From a virus: 64,000 nt of DNA. Below the pieces are notes generated by a model that had not been told where the DNA came from, did no database searches, and saw only the letters and a program-made list of their open reading frames with translations. The position numbers were made by a program, and so were the translations under genes. Within the stretch, counting starts at the first letter, position 1. Each line of letters starts with the position of its first letter. Positions 7,731-17,174 of the stretch are shown one piece after another. The DNA is taken from positions 89,223 through 153,222 of the IMG/VR virus record IMGVR_UViG_3300045988_136221, one strand, 5' to 3'.

Positions 7731-7997
7731 GTTAAATTATTTTATAATATGAAAAAGGAAGAGATTCAAACTATTTTATACACAATCAAAGAAGGAGACA
7801 GTATTAAGATCAAAGTACAAGACAAAAGTGAAGAAATAAGATTGCGGGATCATGTAAGAAGAACGCAGAAATACGGATACCGGTTTTGCTTATCTCATTT
7901 GCATGATGGGATTTTCTATCTGGAGAAGTTAGAAGAGGGGGATAAAGATAAATACTATAGAGTAATCAACAGAGGAAATGGAAAGACCGGAGTATAA
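7713..7997 (+). CDS. hypothetical protein (94 aa)
   Basis: ORF track. Confidence 0.45.
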   Translation: MSIGAAVKLFYNMKKEEIQTILYTIKEGDSIKIKVQDKSEEIRLRDHVRRTQKYGYRFCLSHLHDGIFYLEKLEEGDKDKYYRVINRGNGKTGV

Positions 7998-8271
7998 TAA
8001 GCTACGTAAAATGGCTAAGACTACTCCAGGTCTGATAGTGGACGAGGCGCAAAACATGATGCGTGTATCGCTGTATGATAATGGGGAACTTAAGAAGATC
8101 GTAGTAGTAATGAAATGCGATTCTTTTTTACAGTCAAAAAGTAACATAGAAAAGATAATGTTATTATCATCTTCTATAGAAGATAGAAAAAACAAAGAAA
8201 AAAATAAAACAAAATCAGAAAATGAACAGAATAACAAAAATAAGAGAAGAAATAGGAGGAAAACAGGTTGA
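7978..8271 (+). CDS. hypothetical protein with K/N-rich tail (97 aa)
   Basis: ORF track. Confidence 0.45.
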   Translation: MERPEYNKLRKMAKTTPGLIVDEAQNMMRVSLYDNGELKKIVVVMKCDSFLQSKSNIEKIMLLSSSIEDRKNKEKNKTKSENEQNNKNKRRNRRKTG

Positions 8272-8605
8272 TTTGACCTTTTATGGGCGTTTTTGCAGCC
8301 TTATTGAAGGTGATAGAAAGATAATACTAAAGGCAATAAAAAACGGTCGTAAGAAAGGCGTAATCGGAGCCATTCAGCCTGGAAGACATGATAGAATTTG
8401 GACCACATGGGCTATTGCTTTTGAGGATCTGAAGGTAGGGGATACGGTAGAGTTTAGTACATCCGGGAAATACAATCCAGGTTTTCATTCTACAGAAAAG
8501 TATGTAGGATGTGTAGAATGGATAAAAGGATCGGAATGTGCGATAAAAACCGGCAAAGGGATGGCAGTAGTATTAATTAAACACGTGGAAAGGGTAGTAA
8601 GATGA
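8222..8605 (+). CDS. hypothetical protein (127 aa)
   Basis: ORF track; 50-nt overlap with previous ORF so true start may be internal. Confidence 0.45.
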   Translation: MNRITKIREEIGGKQVDLTFYGRFCSLIEGDRKIILKAIKNGRKKGVIGAIQPGRHDRIWTTWAIAFEDLKVGDTVEFSTSGKYNPGFHSTEKYVGCVEWIKGSECAIKTGKGMAVVLIKHVERVVR

Positions 8606-8883
8606 AATTGAGAGAATTTGTAGAACTCTTTGATAAGAATGATGTAAAGGATTTGTTTAAGTCATTATCTTTATGTATGGAATACGTAAGGATAGATTTA
8701 CATGTATTTAATGTAGGTGCTTATGTTACGTGCCTGTACAGTAATGATCTTGAACAGCTTTCAACGATGAAAGGGTGCGCTATATACGCGATAGTAGAAG
8801 TACCATGTTTATTTGAGGCATTTATGGAATATGCTTCACCGGAATTGAAAGCATATTATGATAAACTAACGAAAGAAGTGTGA
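8602..8883 (+). CDS. hypothetical protein (93 aa)
   Basis: ORF track; ATGA overlap. Confidence 0.5.
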   Translation: MKLREFVELFDKNDVKDLFKSLSLCMEYVRIDLHVFNVGAYVTCLYSNDLEQLSTMKGCAIYAIVEVPCLFEAFMEYASPELKAYYDKLTKEV

Positions 8884-8884
8884 C

Positions 8885-9367
8885 ATGAAAGAGGAAGTAG
8901 AACGGATAAAGAAGTTGGTTGGCATAGATCATGATAGATGGGAGCAACCTTGTACATGTGATAAATGTAAGAATATGTGTAAGGTTCCTTGTATTGGTAC
9001 GCCAAAAGACATAGAGGCTATCATAGATGCCGGATACGCTGATAGGTTAAAAGAAACAATGTGGATGGTAGGGTATCTTGCAGTGAAGGAAAAACCAATA
9101 GCGATGATCCAGCCGACAGAGAAAGACGGGTGGTGCGCATTCCGCCGGCCAGACGGTCTCTGCGAGCTGCATGACCGTGGACTAAAGCCGACCGAAGGAG
9201 TTCTGGCTTCCTGTAAGATGATTGAAGAAGACAATGTTCCAACATACGAAACGTCTGTACTTAGAGCAGTGGCTAATGAGTGGGTTAAGGTGGAGAACTT
9301 TGGAGATATAATGAGGGTCGTTTTTAAATTTTTGCATGAAAATGAACGTAGAAAACAAATTAGATAA
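8885..9367 (+). CDS. Cys-rich protein (160 aa)
   Basis: ORF track; CTCDKCKNMCKVPC cluster. Confidence 0.5.
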   Translation: MKEEVERIKKLVGIDHDRWEQPCTCDKCKNMCKVPCIGTPKDIEAIIDAGYADRLKETMWMVGYLAVKEKPIAMIQPTEKDGWCAFRRPDGLCELHDRGLKPTEGVLASCKMIEEDNVPTYETSVLRAVANEWVKVENFGDIMRVVFKFLHENERRKQIR

Positions 9368-9746
9368 AGTAGTTAAGATCCTAAAAGAAAAAGGATTTGT
9401 GGTATATAGAAAGGGCGGAAAGGAGCCGGGTGTATTTTACGCCAAAGAAGGTGACAGCCGGATAGGATTCGTTTATCCCAACAACGGATATATATATGAT
9501 AGAATAAAAATGTGGTCTTTTTCAAGGATATATAAACCACATAAGAAAACCGGGTCTTCGTGTTTAATGAGCGTCAGCGACGAATTTACGATAGAGAATG
9601 CGATTAAGAACATAGAGGATAGACTGTGGGTAAATTATGTAAAAGACGGTAACAGAAAACGACCAGAAGAATACAATAATATAAGAGAATTTGTTGGTAG
9701 CTTCACTAAATTCTACAACTCTGTAGAATTAGTTGAGGTTAAGTAG
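9336..9746 (+). CDS. hypothetical protein (136 aa)
   Basis: ORF track. Confidence 0.5.
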   Translation: MKMNVENKLDKVVKILKEKGFVVYRKGGKEPGVFYAKEGDSRIGFVYPNNGYIYDRIKMWSFSRIYKPHKKTGSSCLMSVSDEFTIENAIKNIEDRLWVNYVKDGNRKRPEEYNNIREFVGSFTKFYNSVELVEVK

Positions 9747-9767
9747 TTTTCCATGTAAGTTAGTTAC

Positions 9768-9803
9768 CGGCACTGGTCTGTGAAGATAGGTGTCGTTTTT
9801 TTT
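9768..9803 (+). terminator. Rho-independent terminator with conserved loop (TGGTCTGTGAAGATAG)
   Basis: Stem cggcac/gtgtcg (one G-U) followed by T8 (9796-9803). Confidence 0.65.
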
Positions 9804-9820
9804 AAGAAAGGAGGATAAAG

Positions 9821-10072
9821 ATGGAGAAAAGAGACAAGGAAATGCCTTACGAGGTAATCATACAGGAGAGAAACAAAGTGGATTTATACGGTAACGTAGT
9901 ATATTATATATATTGGTTTGATAAATATGGGAACGATATTACAAACGAATGGAAATTCTGGAGCAAGGGTCCGAAAAAGAAATATGATAGAGTCAATCGC
10001 TATTTAACGGATAGTTGGCTAAAGGAATACTGTAAGAACAACAATTTAAAAATAAGTAGAATAAAGGAATGA
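9821..10072 (+). CDS. hypothetical protein (83 aa)
   Basis: ORF track; AGGAGG SD upstream. Confidence 0.55.
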   Translation: MEKRDKEMPYEVIIQERNKVDLYGNVVYYIYWFDKYGNDITNEWKFWSKGPKKKYDRVNRYLTDSWLKEYCKNNNLKISRIKE

Positions 10073-10159
10073 AGCCGGGAAAGCATGCTATGATAACAAA
10101 CGAGTATGGTGTCTTGGATATTATAAAAGAAAAATTTGACAACATAAATATAATGGAAT

Positions 10160-10528
10160 ATGGATCTAAATAAATTGTATAAAGAAATAGAAGAAGCGGA
10201 GGTCAATCTGAATGCAAAAAGATTAAAGTACATCAAAGAAGCATTAACGGAGAACGGTGGAAGCGTAAAGCTAAAATTTAAAGAGTTTAAAGAATGGCAA
10301 GAAGCTAATAACGTGTTTGACTTTGATGATCAGTTTCCAGTGATAATAGAAATTGATGGAAATTCTATGTATTTAACGGAAGTGTATGTCAAAAAAAACG
10401 ATTTTCGTGTAGTCATGCTGGATTATACTGATATGACTTTTTATGATTATAGCAATCCAGGGGAAAATGAACAGGTTGCTTATTTTATTAACTATTGCTT
10501 AAATCAAGACAAAGATGGGAAAGAGTAG
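10160..10528 (+). CDS. hypothetical protein (122 aa)
   Basis: ORF track. Confidence 0.5.
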   Translation: MDLNKLYKEIEEAEVNLNAKRLKYIKEALTENGGSVKLKFKEFKEWQEANNVFDFDDQFPVIIEIDGNSMYLTEVYVKKNDFRVVMLDYTDMTFYDYSNPGENEQVAYFINYCLNQDKDGKE

Positions 10529-10703
10529 AAAAGATTATGAGAAGTATCTTAACTCAATATCTCCAGATAGAGACGATGAGGCATGGATCATTGGAGGAAA
10601 GAACAGGTATTGCGGTAGAGAGAATTATGGCACTATGATCAAAAGGTATGATCCTATTGGTTTTAACGTAGGGTACAGGGAGTGGGCAGAACAGCCAGAT
10701 TGA
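10515..10703 (+). CDS. hypothetical protein (62 aa); stop codon lies at the IS right-end boundary
   Basis: ORF track; TGA 10701-10703 coincides with start of sequence shared with second TnpB element. Confidence 0.4.
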   Translation: MGKSRKDYEKYLNSISPDRDDEAWIIGGKNRYCGRENYGTMIKRYDPIGFNVGYREWAEQPD

Positions 10704-10870
10704 CATACTCCCATAGCTAAAGCGAATGGGATTCTTGGATACAAACGTATGGAACCCCTGCATTTCTGCAACCGGAATTACCCATACTTTCCAATTCGGA
10801 AATGCCCTTCCGAAGTATATTACGGGCTGCAAGAACATCACGGTCGTTTACCGCTCCGCACGCTGGGCAT
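10700..10870 (-). ncRNA. putative TnpB omegaRNA (reRNA) overlapping tnpB 3' end
   Basis: By established TnpB biology the guide RNA scaffold is encoded at the 3' end of tnpB and the right end. Here the right end terminates ~17 nt past the stop. Extent not verifiable by eye. Confidence 0.3.
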
Positions 10871-11856
10871 ACCCACGTGCGGTCGCGTAACGACAATCCT
10901 TTATTAATGCAGCCACATTCGCAAGTTTTGGAAGAAGGATACCATTTGTCAATCTTGTGTATCGTTACTCCATACTTTGAAGCAACATACGTAAGTTTGT
11001 TAATAAAAGAAGAATGACTGAGGTCAGAAACTTTCTTTCCCCACAAACGTTTCATTCCTTCAATGTTTAGATCTTCAATGAAAATATAATCATACTGTTT
11101 GCATAACTGGTGTGCTAATCCCCATTGAAAATCCGATCGAAGATCGTTTATTTTACGATACGCTTGTTGTAGTTCAAACAGTCTCCTTCTTCTATTATTG
11201 GATCCTTTCTTTGCATTAGAAAACCGTTTGTTTAGTTTTCTAATCTTGTTTTGATATTGTTTGAAGAATAGTGGAGAATCAATTTTGTTCCCATCACTTT
11301 TAGTTAGATAAGTTTTCAGGCCAAAATCCAATCCGATAGATGCACCATCATGTGTCTTTCTATAAGAGTTTATAAGATTATGATCTGTAATAATTATCAG
11401 ACTATATCGATGACATGTTTCTCTAACTATTCTTATTTGTTTAACATTACCTTCGTAGACCCTACTGTATGAGAATTTAAATCGTTTCTTTCCTTTGTTG
11501 ATTGTTAAACAATTACCATTCAGGGTAAACCCTCCTTGTTTGAAAACAAAAGAGTTAAAACAATCAGCTCTTTTGAACTTAGGTGGTCGTTTAGCCAACT
11601 TCTTGAAGAAACGATTGTATGCTGAGTCTAACCTTTGAATAATTTCTTGTGTTGTTTGGGAATGAAGAAGATTTCTCTTAATTCTTTTAGAGAAATGCTT
11701 TTGCATCTTACCAACTGGTATGTATTTTCCAAACAGTTTGTAATATCTACGTTGTAGGGATAAAGCATGATTCCATACAAAACAGCATTCGCGAAGCATC
11801 TTATCAAGATACTTCGTTTTCTTGGAATGATAGATGTTGTATTTGTATGAAATCAT
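10717..11856 (-). CDS. tnpB: TnpB (IS605 OrfB-family RNA-guided nuclease)
   Basis: 379 aa; C-terminal zinc finger (CECGCINKG..CPACGAVNDRD) and RuvC-III-like motif (DVLAARNILRKG); D..E RuvC segments (GLDFGLK; IFIEDL); typical TnpB architecture. Confidence 0.85.
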   Translation of the reverse strand: MISYKYNIYHSKKTKYLDKMLRECCFVWNHALSLQRRYYKLFGKYIPVGKMQKHFSKRIKRNLLHSQTTQEIIQRLDSAYNRFFKKLAKRPPKFKRADCFNSFVFKQGGFTLNGNCLTINKGKKRFKFSYSRVYEGNVKQIRIVRETCHRYSLIIITDHNLINSYRKTHDGASIGLDFGLKTYLTKSDGNKIDSPLFFKQYQNKIRKLNKRFSNAKKGSNNRRRRLFELQQAYRKINDLRSDFQWGLAHQLCKQYDYIFIEDLNIEGMKRLWGKKVSDLSHSSFINKLTYVASKYGVTIHKIDKWYPSSKTCECGCINKGLSLRDRTWVCPACGAVNDRDVLAARNILRKGISELESMGNSGCRNAGVPYVCIQESHSL

Positions 11857-12016
11857 TTTTAATCACATTTATAATACAAATATAATAATAACTTTTTGGC
11901 ATATATCAGAATCAATTATTAAAAAAATACATATATGAATAAAAGAATCATTGATCCCCTGCTTAAAAGCAGGGGATTTGTTAAAGAACGTAAAAAGAAG
12001 ATTAAAATAATAGCTT

Positions 12017-12331
12017 ATGACATTTCGAGAATTTATGCAGGAGAACGGCTATGACCTGATAACTACCTTTTGGGAAGATTTCAGCATAGCCGACAAGTAT
12101 GGTATAGCAGGTGTCAAGGATACCTACAGACGTGCGTTCAATGAATGGAAAGACGATTATAAGTTTTTCACGGAATTAACGCTCGTACTGAATCATAAAA
12201 TATGGCAACATTACGAAAGCGATCGTGAACTGGCTGCATTGTATGACCGGTTGTGGCGGGAAGCCGACGAGTATGCCATGAACAATTTTAAGGGAGAAGA
12301 GCTTGATTATTATTACAGAGTAACAGATTAG
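12017..12331 (+). CDS. hypothetical protein (104 aa)
   Basis: ORF track. Confidence 0.5.
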   Translation: MTFREFMQENGYDLITTFWEDFSIADKYGIAGVKDTYRRAFNEWKDDYKFFTELTLVLNHKIWQHYESDRELAALYDRLWREADEYAMNNFKGEELDYYYRVTD

Positions 12332-12334
12332 AAA

Positions 12335-12793
12335 GTGATTATGAAAAATACGATAGTAACAGGTAGCCTAATTGTATTCAGTGACGGATTTGTTTGGAAA
12401 AGATTGTCCAACGAAAAAGCCTACAAGATATGGGTGTCAGCAGAAAATGAAGATTTTGAGTTATACAAGGTGAGGGTAGATGATGAGTCTGAGTCATTGA
12501 TAGAAAGTTTGGAAGATTTACAGGATGCCTTTAAACAAGGTCATCATGTATGCATAGAAGTAGGTAAGCTACCTTATAGAATAGATTTTAAATACTTGCG
12601 AAATCTGCAAGAGTTGTCGGTGGAAGCTGTGGAATATCTAACAAGACCAAAAAAATATAGCAGGGAACAGGCATTTAACATCATTCAAGAGTGGGCTAAA
12701 GAGTTTACAGAGGAATATGGGGATTGTGATTCTAATGGCTCATACTATGATGCAATAGATGCATTTATTGATGAGAAGTTAGGAACTATTTAA
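12335..12793 (+). CDS. hypothetical protein (152 aa)
   Basis: ORF track. Confidence 0.5.
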   Translation: MIMKNTIVTGSLIVFSDGFVWKRLSNEKAYKIWVSAENEDFELYKVRVDDESESLIESLEDLQDAFKQGHHVCIEVGKLPYRIDFKYLRNLQELSVEAVEYLTRPKKYSREQAFNIIQEWAKEFTEEYGDCDSNGSYYDAIDAFIDEKLGTI

Positions 12794-12804
12794 AATATAA
12801 AGAT

Positions 12805-13647
12805 ATGGAAGACGAACTTATTACAACAAAAGAAGTAGGGGATTATCGTATAAAAATATACTATGATCCTGATGGTACATGTCCTTGTAAATATTGGGAT
12901 ATGGCAGCATGTTTCTTATGGGAATATAGAGATTTGTCCCGACTGCAAGATGTGTGCGATTGGAGAGAAGTGTTTGGTAAATACGGAGATAGCCGACACT
13001 CACTTATAGATGCACTACATAAACTTATTAGTGAATATGTTGAATGGAAAGACTTGCTGAATTATTTTAAGAAAGGCAAGATTGACGGTTATCGAATGAG
13101 ATATGATAACCATGATAAAATGTGGTATTTAGAATGGTGTGACAATTACCAATACACTGAACATAAGGGATATAAAGAAATTTTTAGCATTTCTCCATCA
13201 GATCTTTACACGTATGATTATACGTATGAATTTATAGAAGACTTAGAATGTGAAGAATTGATTCAGATTCTTTCAGATTTGGGCAAAGATATATTTGTCA
13301 AAGAATGGTCCACGATAGGATACAGTCAAGGGGATTATGTTAAAGGTATAGCTTTCTGTACAAAGGAGAGGTACACAAAAATGGTCAGTAATAATACTTC
13401 CGATTGGAAAATCCAAATTGACAAATTGATTGATGGTGAAGTGAAAGTTATAGGCATATGGATGTGGGGAGATGTAAAAGGGTATGTGCTTGAAAAGAAA
13501 GTGAAATTCGTTAAGAAATACGAAGATGAATCCAGGGAGGATGAAGAGGAAGAAGAATGGGAAGAGATTGATTCTTGTTGGGGATATTATATGGAAACAG
13601 ACGAGTTGATAGAAGAAGTAATGAAAGAACATGGCTTAAAAGAATAA
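12805..13647 (+). CDS. hypothetical protein with acidic tail (280 aa)
   Basis: ORF track; poly-E stretch near C-terminus. Confidence 0.5.
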   Translation: MEDELITTKEVGDYRIKIYYDPDGTCPCKYWDMAACFLWEYRDLSRLQDVCDWREVFGKYGDSRHSLIDALHKLISEYVEWKDLLNYFKKGKIDGYRMRYDNHDKMWYLEWCDNYQYTEHKGYKEIFSISPSDLYTYDYTYEFIEDLECEELIQILSDLGKDIFVKEWSTIGYSQGDYVKGIAFCTKERYTKMVSNNTSDWKIQIDKLIDGEVKVIGIWMWGDVKGYVLEKKVKFVKKYEDESREDEEEEEWEEIDSCWGYYMETDELIEEVMKEHGLKE

Positions 13648-13651
13648 AAAG

Positions 13652-14044
13652 ATGAAGAAATCACAAGGGTGCATAATAAGAAAGAATACCAAAGAATTAA
13701 GAGAAAGCCTCATGTCATTAGGATATAGTTGGCTGGTGAGAGAAAAAGGGGCTAATTGTATAGTCACAAATCCAGAAATATTAAAATACATGGAATTGCA
13801 AGAAAAAGCAGTAAAAGCATGGAGGGATGAAGGATGGATAGATTGTGAAAATAATGATGATATGTTTCTGGCTATAGCAGCATTAATAAATAATACTGAC
13901 TTAGGTCAATGGCTGATAGTGACGGACGCCACGGGGGACAGGTGGGTAGAGTGTGAAGAGCGCAGGTTCAGGGGAGACGCGGCCTGTCTTACATGGCGTA
14001 AGGCTACGGTAGATGAAATTATTGAACATTTTAAAAGAAGATAA
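13652..14044 (+). CDS. hypothetical protein (130 aa)
   Basis: ORF track. Confidence 0.5.
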   Translation: MKKSQGCIIRKNTKELRESLMSLGYSWLVREKGANCIVTNPEILKYMELQEKAVKAWRDEGWIDCENNDDMFLAIAALINNTDLGQWLIVTDATGDRWVECEERRFRGDAACLTWRKATVDEIIEHFKRR

Positions 14045-14046
14045 TT

Positions 14047-14460
14047 ATGGGATATATATGTACAAGATGTGGTGGAACAAAGGTTGCTTGTGAAGCCATA
14101 GTAAATCCGAATACCAGAGAAATAATAGATTATTTTGATGGATCTTTCGCGCATGCTATTTGCGGGGATTGTAAAAACGAGGTAATAATATCTAACGTTG
14201 AAGAAGTCAAACATGAAATTGATTTAAGATTTCATGAATTTGTAGAAAGAACAGGTAAGGAGCCTGAATACGTAGAATGTCAGATTGTGTGGAAAGAGAC
14301 AGGAGACGATAAAAGAACGACAATCAAACTATCGCTGAGTATCAACGATGATGATAATGATGCTGTTTTTTATTATTGTAATGGGATAGAATCGTTTAAG
14401 CAGCTCGCTGAATACGGGATGGGAGAATTTATCGTAACAGGTTGTTGGAGTTTCTTTTAG
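14047..14460 (+). CDS. zinc-ribbon protein (137 aa)
   Basis: ORF track; CTRCGG...C ...CGDCKNE. Confidence 0.5.
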   Translation: MGYICTRCGGTKVACEAIVNPNTREIIDYFDGSFAHAICGDCKNEVIISNVEEVKHEIDLRFHEFVERTGKEPEYVECQIVWKETGDDKRTTIKLSLSINDDDNDAVFYYCNGIESFKQLAEYGMGEFIVTGCWSFF

Positions 14461-14473
14461 AATTTATGCAGAT

Positions 14474-14833
14474 ATGAAAATAGTAAAAATTCCTATCACA
14501 GAACAAAATAAAAAAGTATATTGGTCTAAAAATAAGAACAGTAATGCTTGGGAAAAGTTAGTGAGTGAATGCCCTTCTATGACATCAGAAGAGTTTTGGA
14601 ATAACGAACTGGAAGAATACAATAAGGGAGAAACATATTGGTATTTCATTATTGGTAAACCTGAGTCGATAATAGATGAGTTGATTAATTTGGAGATAGG
14701 AGACACTAATGTAGATTACCCATACATAAGGGAAAATAGACCCTGGGAAACTGATAAAATGGATTGGTATGACCTTAGAGAACATGCTGATGCCATGAGT
14801 GATTTTATTCAGAAATTATATAACTACATTTAA
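14474..14833 (+). CDS. hypothetical protein (119 aa)
   Basis: ORF track. Confidence 0.5.
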   Translation: MKIVKIPITEQNKKVYWSKNKNSNAWEKLVSECPSMTSEEFWNNELEEYNKGETYWYFIIGKPESIIDELINLEIGDTNVDYPYIRENRPWETDKMDWYDLREHADAMSDFIQKLYNYI

Positions 14834-14845
14834 AAAAAATGCTTT

Positions 14846-15316
14846 ATGAATGGAATAATATTTGAATTAGAAGAAAAGTCAAAATATACAGGGAGATACA
14901 TGGATGAGGAAATCTCCTATAATGACACATCTATAGATTACATGGAAGAAATACAAGAATGTTACAGAAATAGAGAGATTAAGGATTTACTAAATGACCC
15001 TTGTCTTGGTAAAATATTTGACAAGGGGGAGATTGATGATGAAATTGTCTACAATGGTAACGTAGAGGATATAAAAGTGGACTGGATACGTGCTATACAA
15101 AATGAGGTAGATAAAATGAATGCTGACAAAAGTATGACTAAACATAATATTATTAATGCAGTAAAATATGGGATTTGTGGATACCCATATCGTTTTTACA
15201 TTGATTCGTATTCGGGATATATTGTAGAATATCCAATAACACTAATAGAATGGGTTCAAGGTTTAAAGCCTGGAACAGTCATTAAAATAGGAAACGTATT
15301 CAGTTATCATTTTTAA
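14846..15316 (+). CDS. hypothetical protein (156 aa)
   Basis: ORF track. Confidence 0.5.
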   Translation: MNGIIFELEEKSKYTGRYMDEEISYNDTSIDYMEEIQECYRNREIKDLLNDPCLGKIFDKGEIDDEIVYNGNVEDIKVDWIRAIQNEVDKMNADKSMTKHNIINAVKYGICGYPYRFYIDSYSGYIVEYPITLIEWVQGLKPGTVIKIGNVFSYHF

Positions 15317-15327
15317 CAATATGCCTT

Positions 15328-15720
15328 ATGAAAACACAAGAAGAATATGCCCGTGAGATTGACGAGATTGTTCGCCGGGATGTAGAAAGTTGCCAGAGTG
15401 ACTGGTTTAAGATTGATAGGGAAATATTTATGCTTTCTGAAAACAAGAACAAGATATTTATTTTGGGAACCAGAAAGACCGGATGCGATTTAATTATACT
15501 GAATGGTACTAATTGTAATGAAATTACAATGGATAGAGTTTTTGGATGTCTTGGTAATGAGAAATTCTATATTTGCCAACCAATGGCTTTTCATCAAATA
15601 CTACAAAATATTCAAGAAAGATCTGCCTTGTACGCTTTTAAAATAGCGACCGCATATTTCAGAGAGCAGGGTTTGGTCCCTGTATTTGAAGATTGCCATT
15701 GTAAACTAATGAAGTTATGA
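15328..15720 (+). CDS. hypothetical protein (130 aa)
   Basis: ORF track. Confidence 0.5.
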   Translation: MKTQEEYAREIDEIVRRDVESCQSDWFKIDREIFMLSENKNKIFILGTRKTGCDLIILNGTNCNEITMDRVFGCLGNEKFYICQPMAFHQILQNIQERSALYAFKIATAYFREQGLVPVFEDCHCKLMKL

Positions 15721-15953
15721 GTATAGAGATAATAATATACAGGCTTCCGGCTTATTGGGCTTGTGCTCTGATAAATGGTGATTATACTGGTTTATCGGAT
15801 GAAGAAGAAAAGGAAATTAATAATTTCTTGAAACAAGCAGAAGGATATCCCGTAGATGTAGACTGGGAAACAGAAGGATTTTATCGGTGCAATGACGCTA
15901 ATAATATAGCGGGAAATTGTGCCGATTTTATTTTTCACAAGTATAATGATTAA
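15717..15953 (+). CDS. hypothetical protein (78 aa)
   Basis: ORF track; ATGA overlap. Confidence 0.45.
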   Translation: MSIEIIIYRLPAYWACALINGDYTGLSDEEEKEINNFLKQAEGYPVDVDWETEGFYRCNDANNIAGNCADFIFHKYND

Positions 15954-16051
15954 ACTAAAATAATACGGAAACTGCAAACAAACTAATTTATTCAAGTACA
16001 AAATTCTTTACAGGAAACGGAAACGAATATAGAATACGAACCACAGTATCG

Positions 16052-16861
16052 TTGAACGACGATTGTCATAACAATATATGCAACTGGAGTATAATAGCCG
16101 ATATTAGATGGAAAAACAAATATGGAATATACGAAGAATACTTGAGTGGTTGCTATCACGATGTGATTATAAAACACTGCCCAGAATTAGCTAAATTCAT
16201 ACCGTTGCATTGCTGTAATCATTATGGTGCTCCTATGTATCCGGTGGAAAATGGCATATATCACGTTAGAAGAAGTGGTATGTCTGTGGCAATGGAGTAT
16301 TTGCGTATATCAGAACAAGAATGCGTAGAATTATATAAAGCCTCTGAGGATAAGATGTATTTCAAGTATCTGCTTTTCAATCTGGGGATTGTGGATAGAT
16401 GGAAACGTGAATCAGACGAGCTTCTTGTTGAACTTGAAGACCTGTGTGGCAAGAAATGGGTAAATCCGTATACACCGGAAAAGGAAAGGTTTACTTTGAT
16501 ATTAACGGACGAGGAACGTTTGCTTGTTGAAGAGCGCATTAAAGCCGGGTATTATTCCGCAGAAAATATCGAAAAACGTAGGGAAGAGGTTCATAAGGCA
16601 AAGATGTTGAAAAAGCGTGCTGAAATTTGTGAGCGATACGATAAGAAAATCAGACAAGCAGAAGCAGAAAAGAAGATAATGCTCTGTGTGTTTGATTATG
16701 GGTTGTCTACCGATAATGTTATATATTATTCTCACACGAACACTTTGTCTTTCAACTGGAACGGTTATGGAGAAAAAATCACACAGGAAGAGTTTGATGA
16801 TTTTGTGAATAAGGTAGACCGCTCTCAGTTGCCGGAAGACATTAGGTTTGAACTTAAATAA
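16052..16861 (+). CDS. hypothetical protein (269 aa)
   Basis: ORF track. Confidence 0.5.
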   Translation: MNDDCHNNICNWSIIADIRWKNKYGIYEEYLSGCYHDVIIKHCPELAKFIPLHCCNHYGAPMYPVENGIYHVRRSGMSVAMEYLRISEQECVELYKASEDKMYFKYLLFNLGIVDRWKRESDELLVELEDLCGKKWVNPYTPEKERFTLILTDEERLLVEERIKAGYYSAENIEKRREEVHKAKMLKKRAEICERYDKKIRQAEAEKKIMLCVFDYGLSTDNVIYYSHTNTLSFNWNGYGEKITQEEFDDFVNKVDRSQLPEDIRFELK

Positions 16862-16871
16862 AACATAGGAT

Positions 16872-17162
16872 ATGGAAAGATTGAATTTTGAAACATTGTT
16901 TCGTATCGTAAGATGGGATTACAACCGCTGCTTTAAGGATGAATCACTGGACAAGGATTTGTTCATGGAAAAATACGGGAAAGTTATGGGGGAACATTAT
17001 TACAACAAGTTTGTCCATGAGTTTAACGGGAATATCCTGAAGATGATTGGTTACTTCAGAGGTTCCGAAAAAGAGGGGCAAATCTTCTGCGATATGATAA
17101 CCGAACGTATTGAAAAATACGAAAAGAGGGAGCAATACAACAGAAATGAGTTAAACAATTAA
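16872..17162 (+). CDS. hypothetical protein (96 aa)
   Basis: ORF track. Confidence 0.5.
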   Translation: MERLNFETLFRIVRWDYNRCFKDESLDKDLFMEKYGKVMGEHYYNKFVHEFNGNILKMIGYFRGSEKEGQIFCDMITERIEKYEKREQYNRNELNN

Positions 17163-17174
17163 AAAGATACTTAT

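Larger units (their letters stand above)
10700..12000 (-). mobile_element. IS200/IS605-family (tnpB-only, IS1341-like) element, copy 1
   Basis: Encodes TnpB. Sequence from 10700 upward is shared (~90% by eye) with a second copy at 62925 onward; similarity starts abruptly at ttgacatactcc. Subterminal palindrome atcccctgcttaaaagcaggggat at 11958-11981 beyond the tnpB start. Upper boundary approximate. Confidence 0.55.

Noticed and set aside
10802-11017. Plus-strand ORFs antisense to the two tnpB genes (10802..11017; 62995..63252; 62930..63187)
   Set aside because: They lie wholly inside the well-supported TnpB reading frames on the opposite strand and are conserved only because the DNA is duplicated. 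Spurious.
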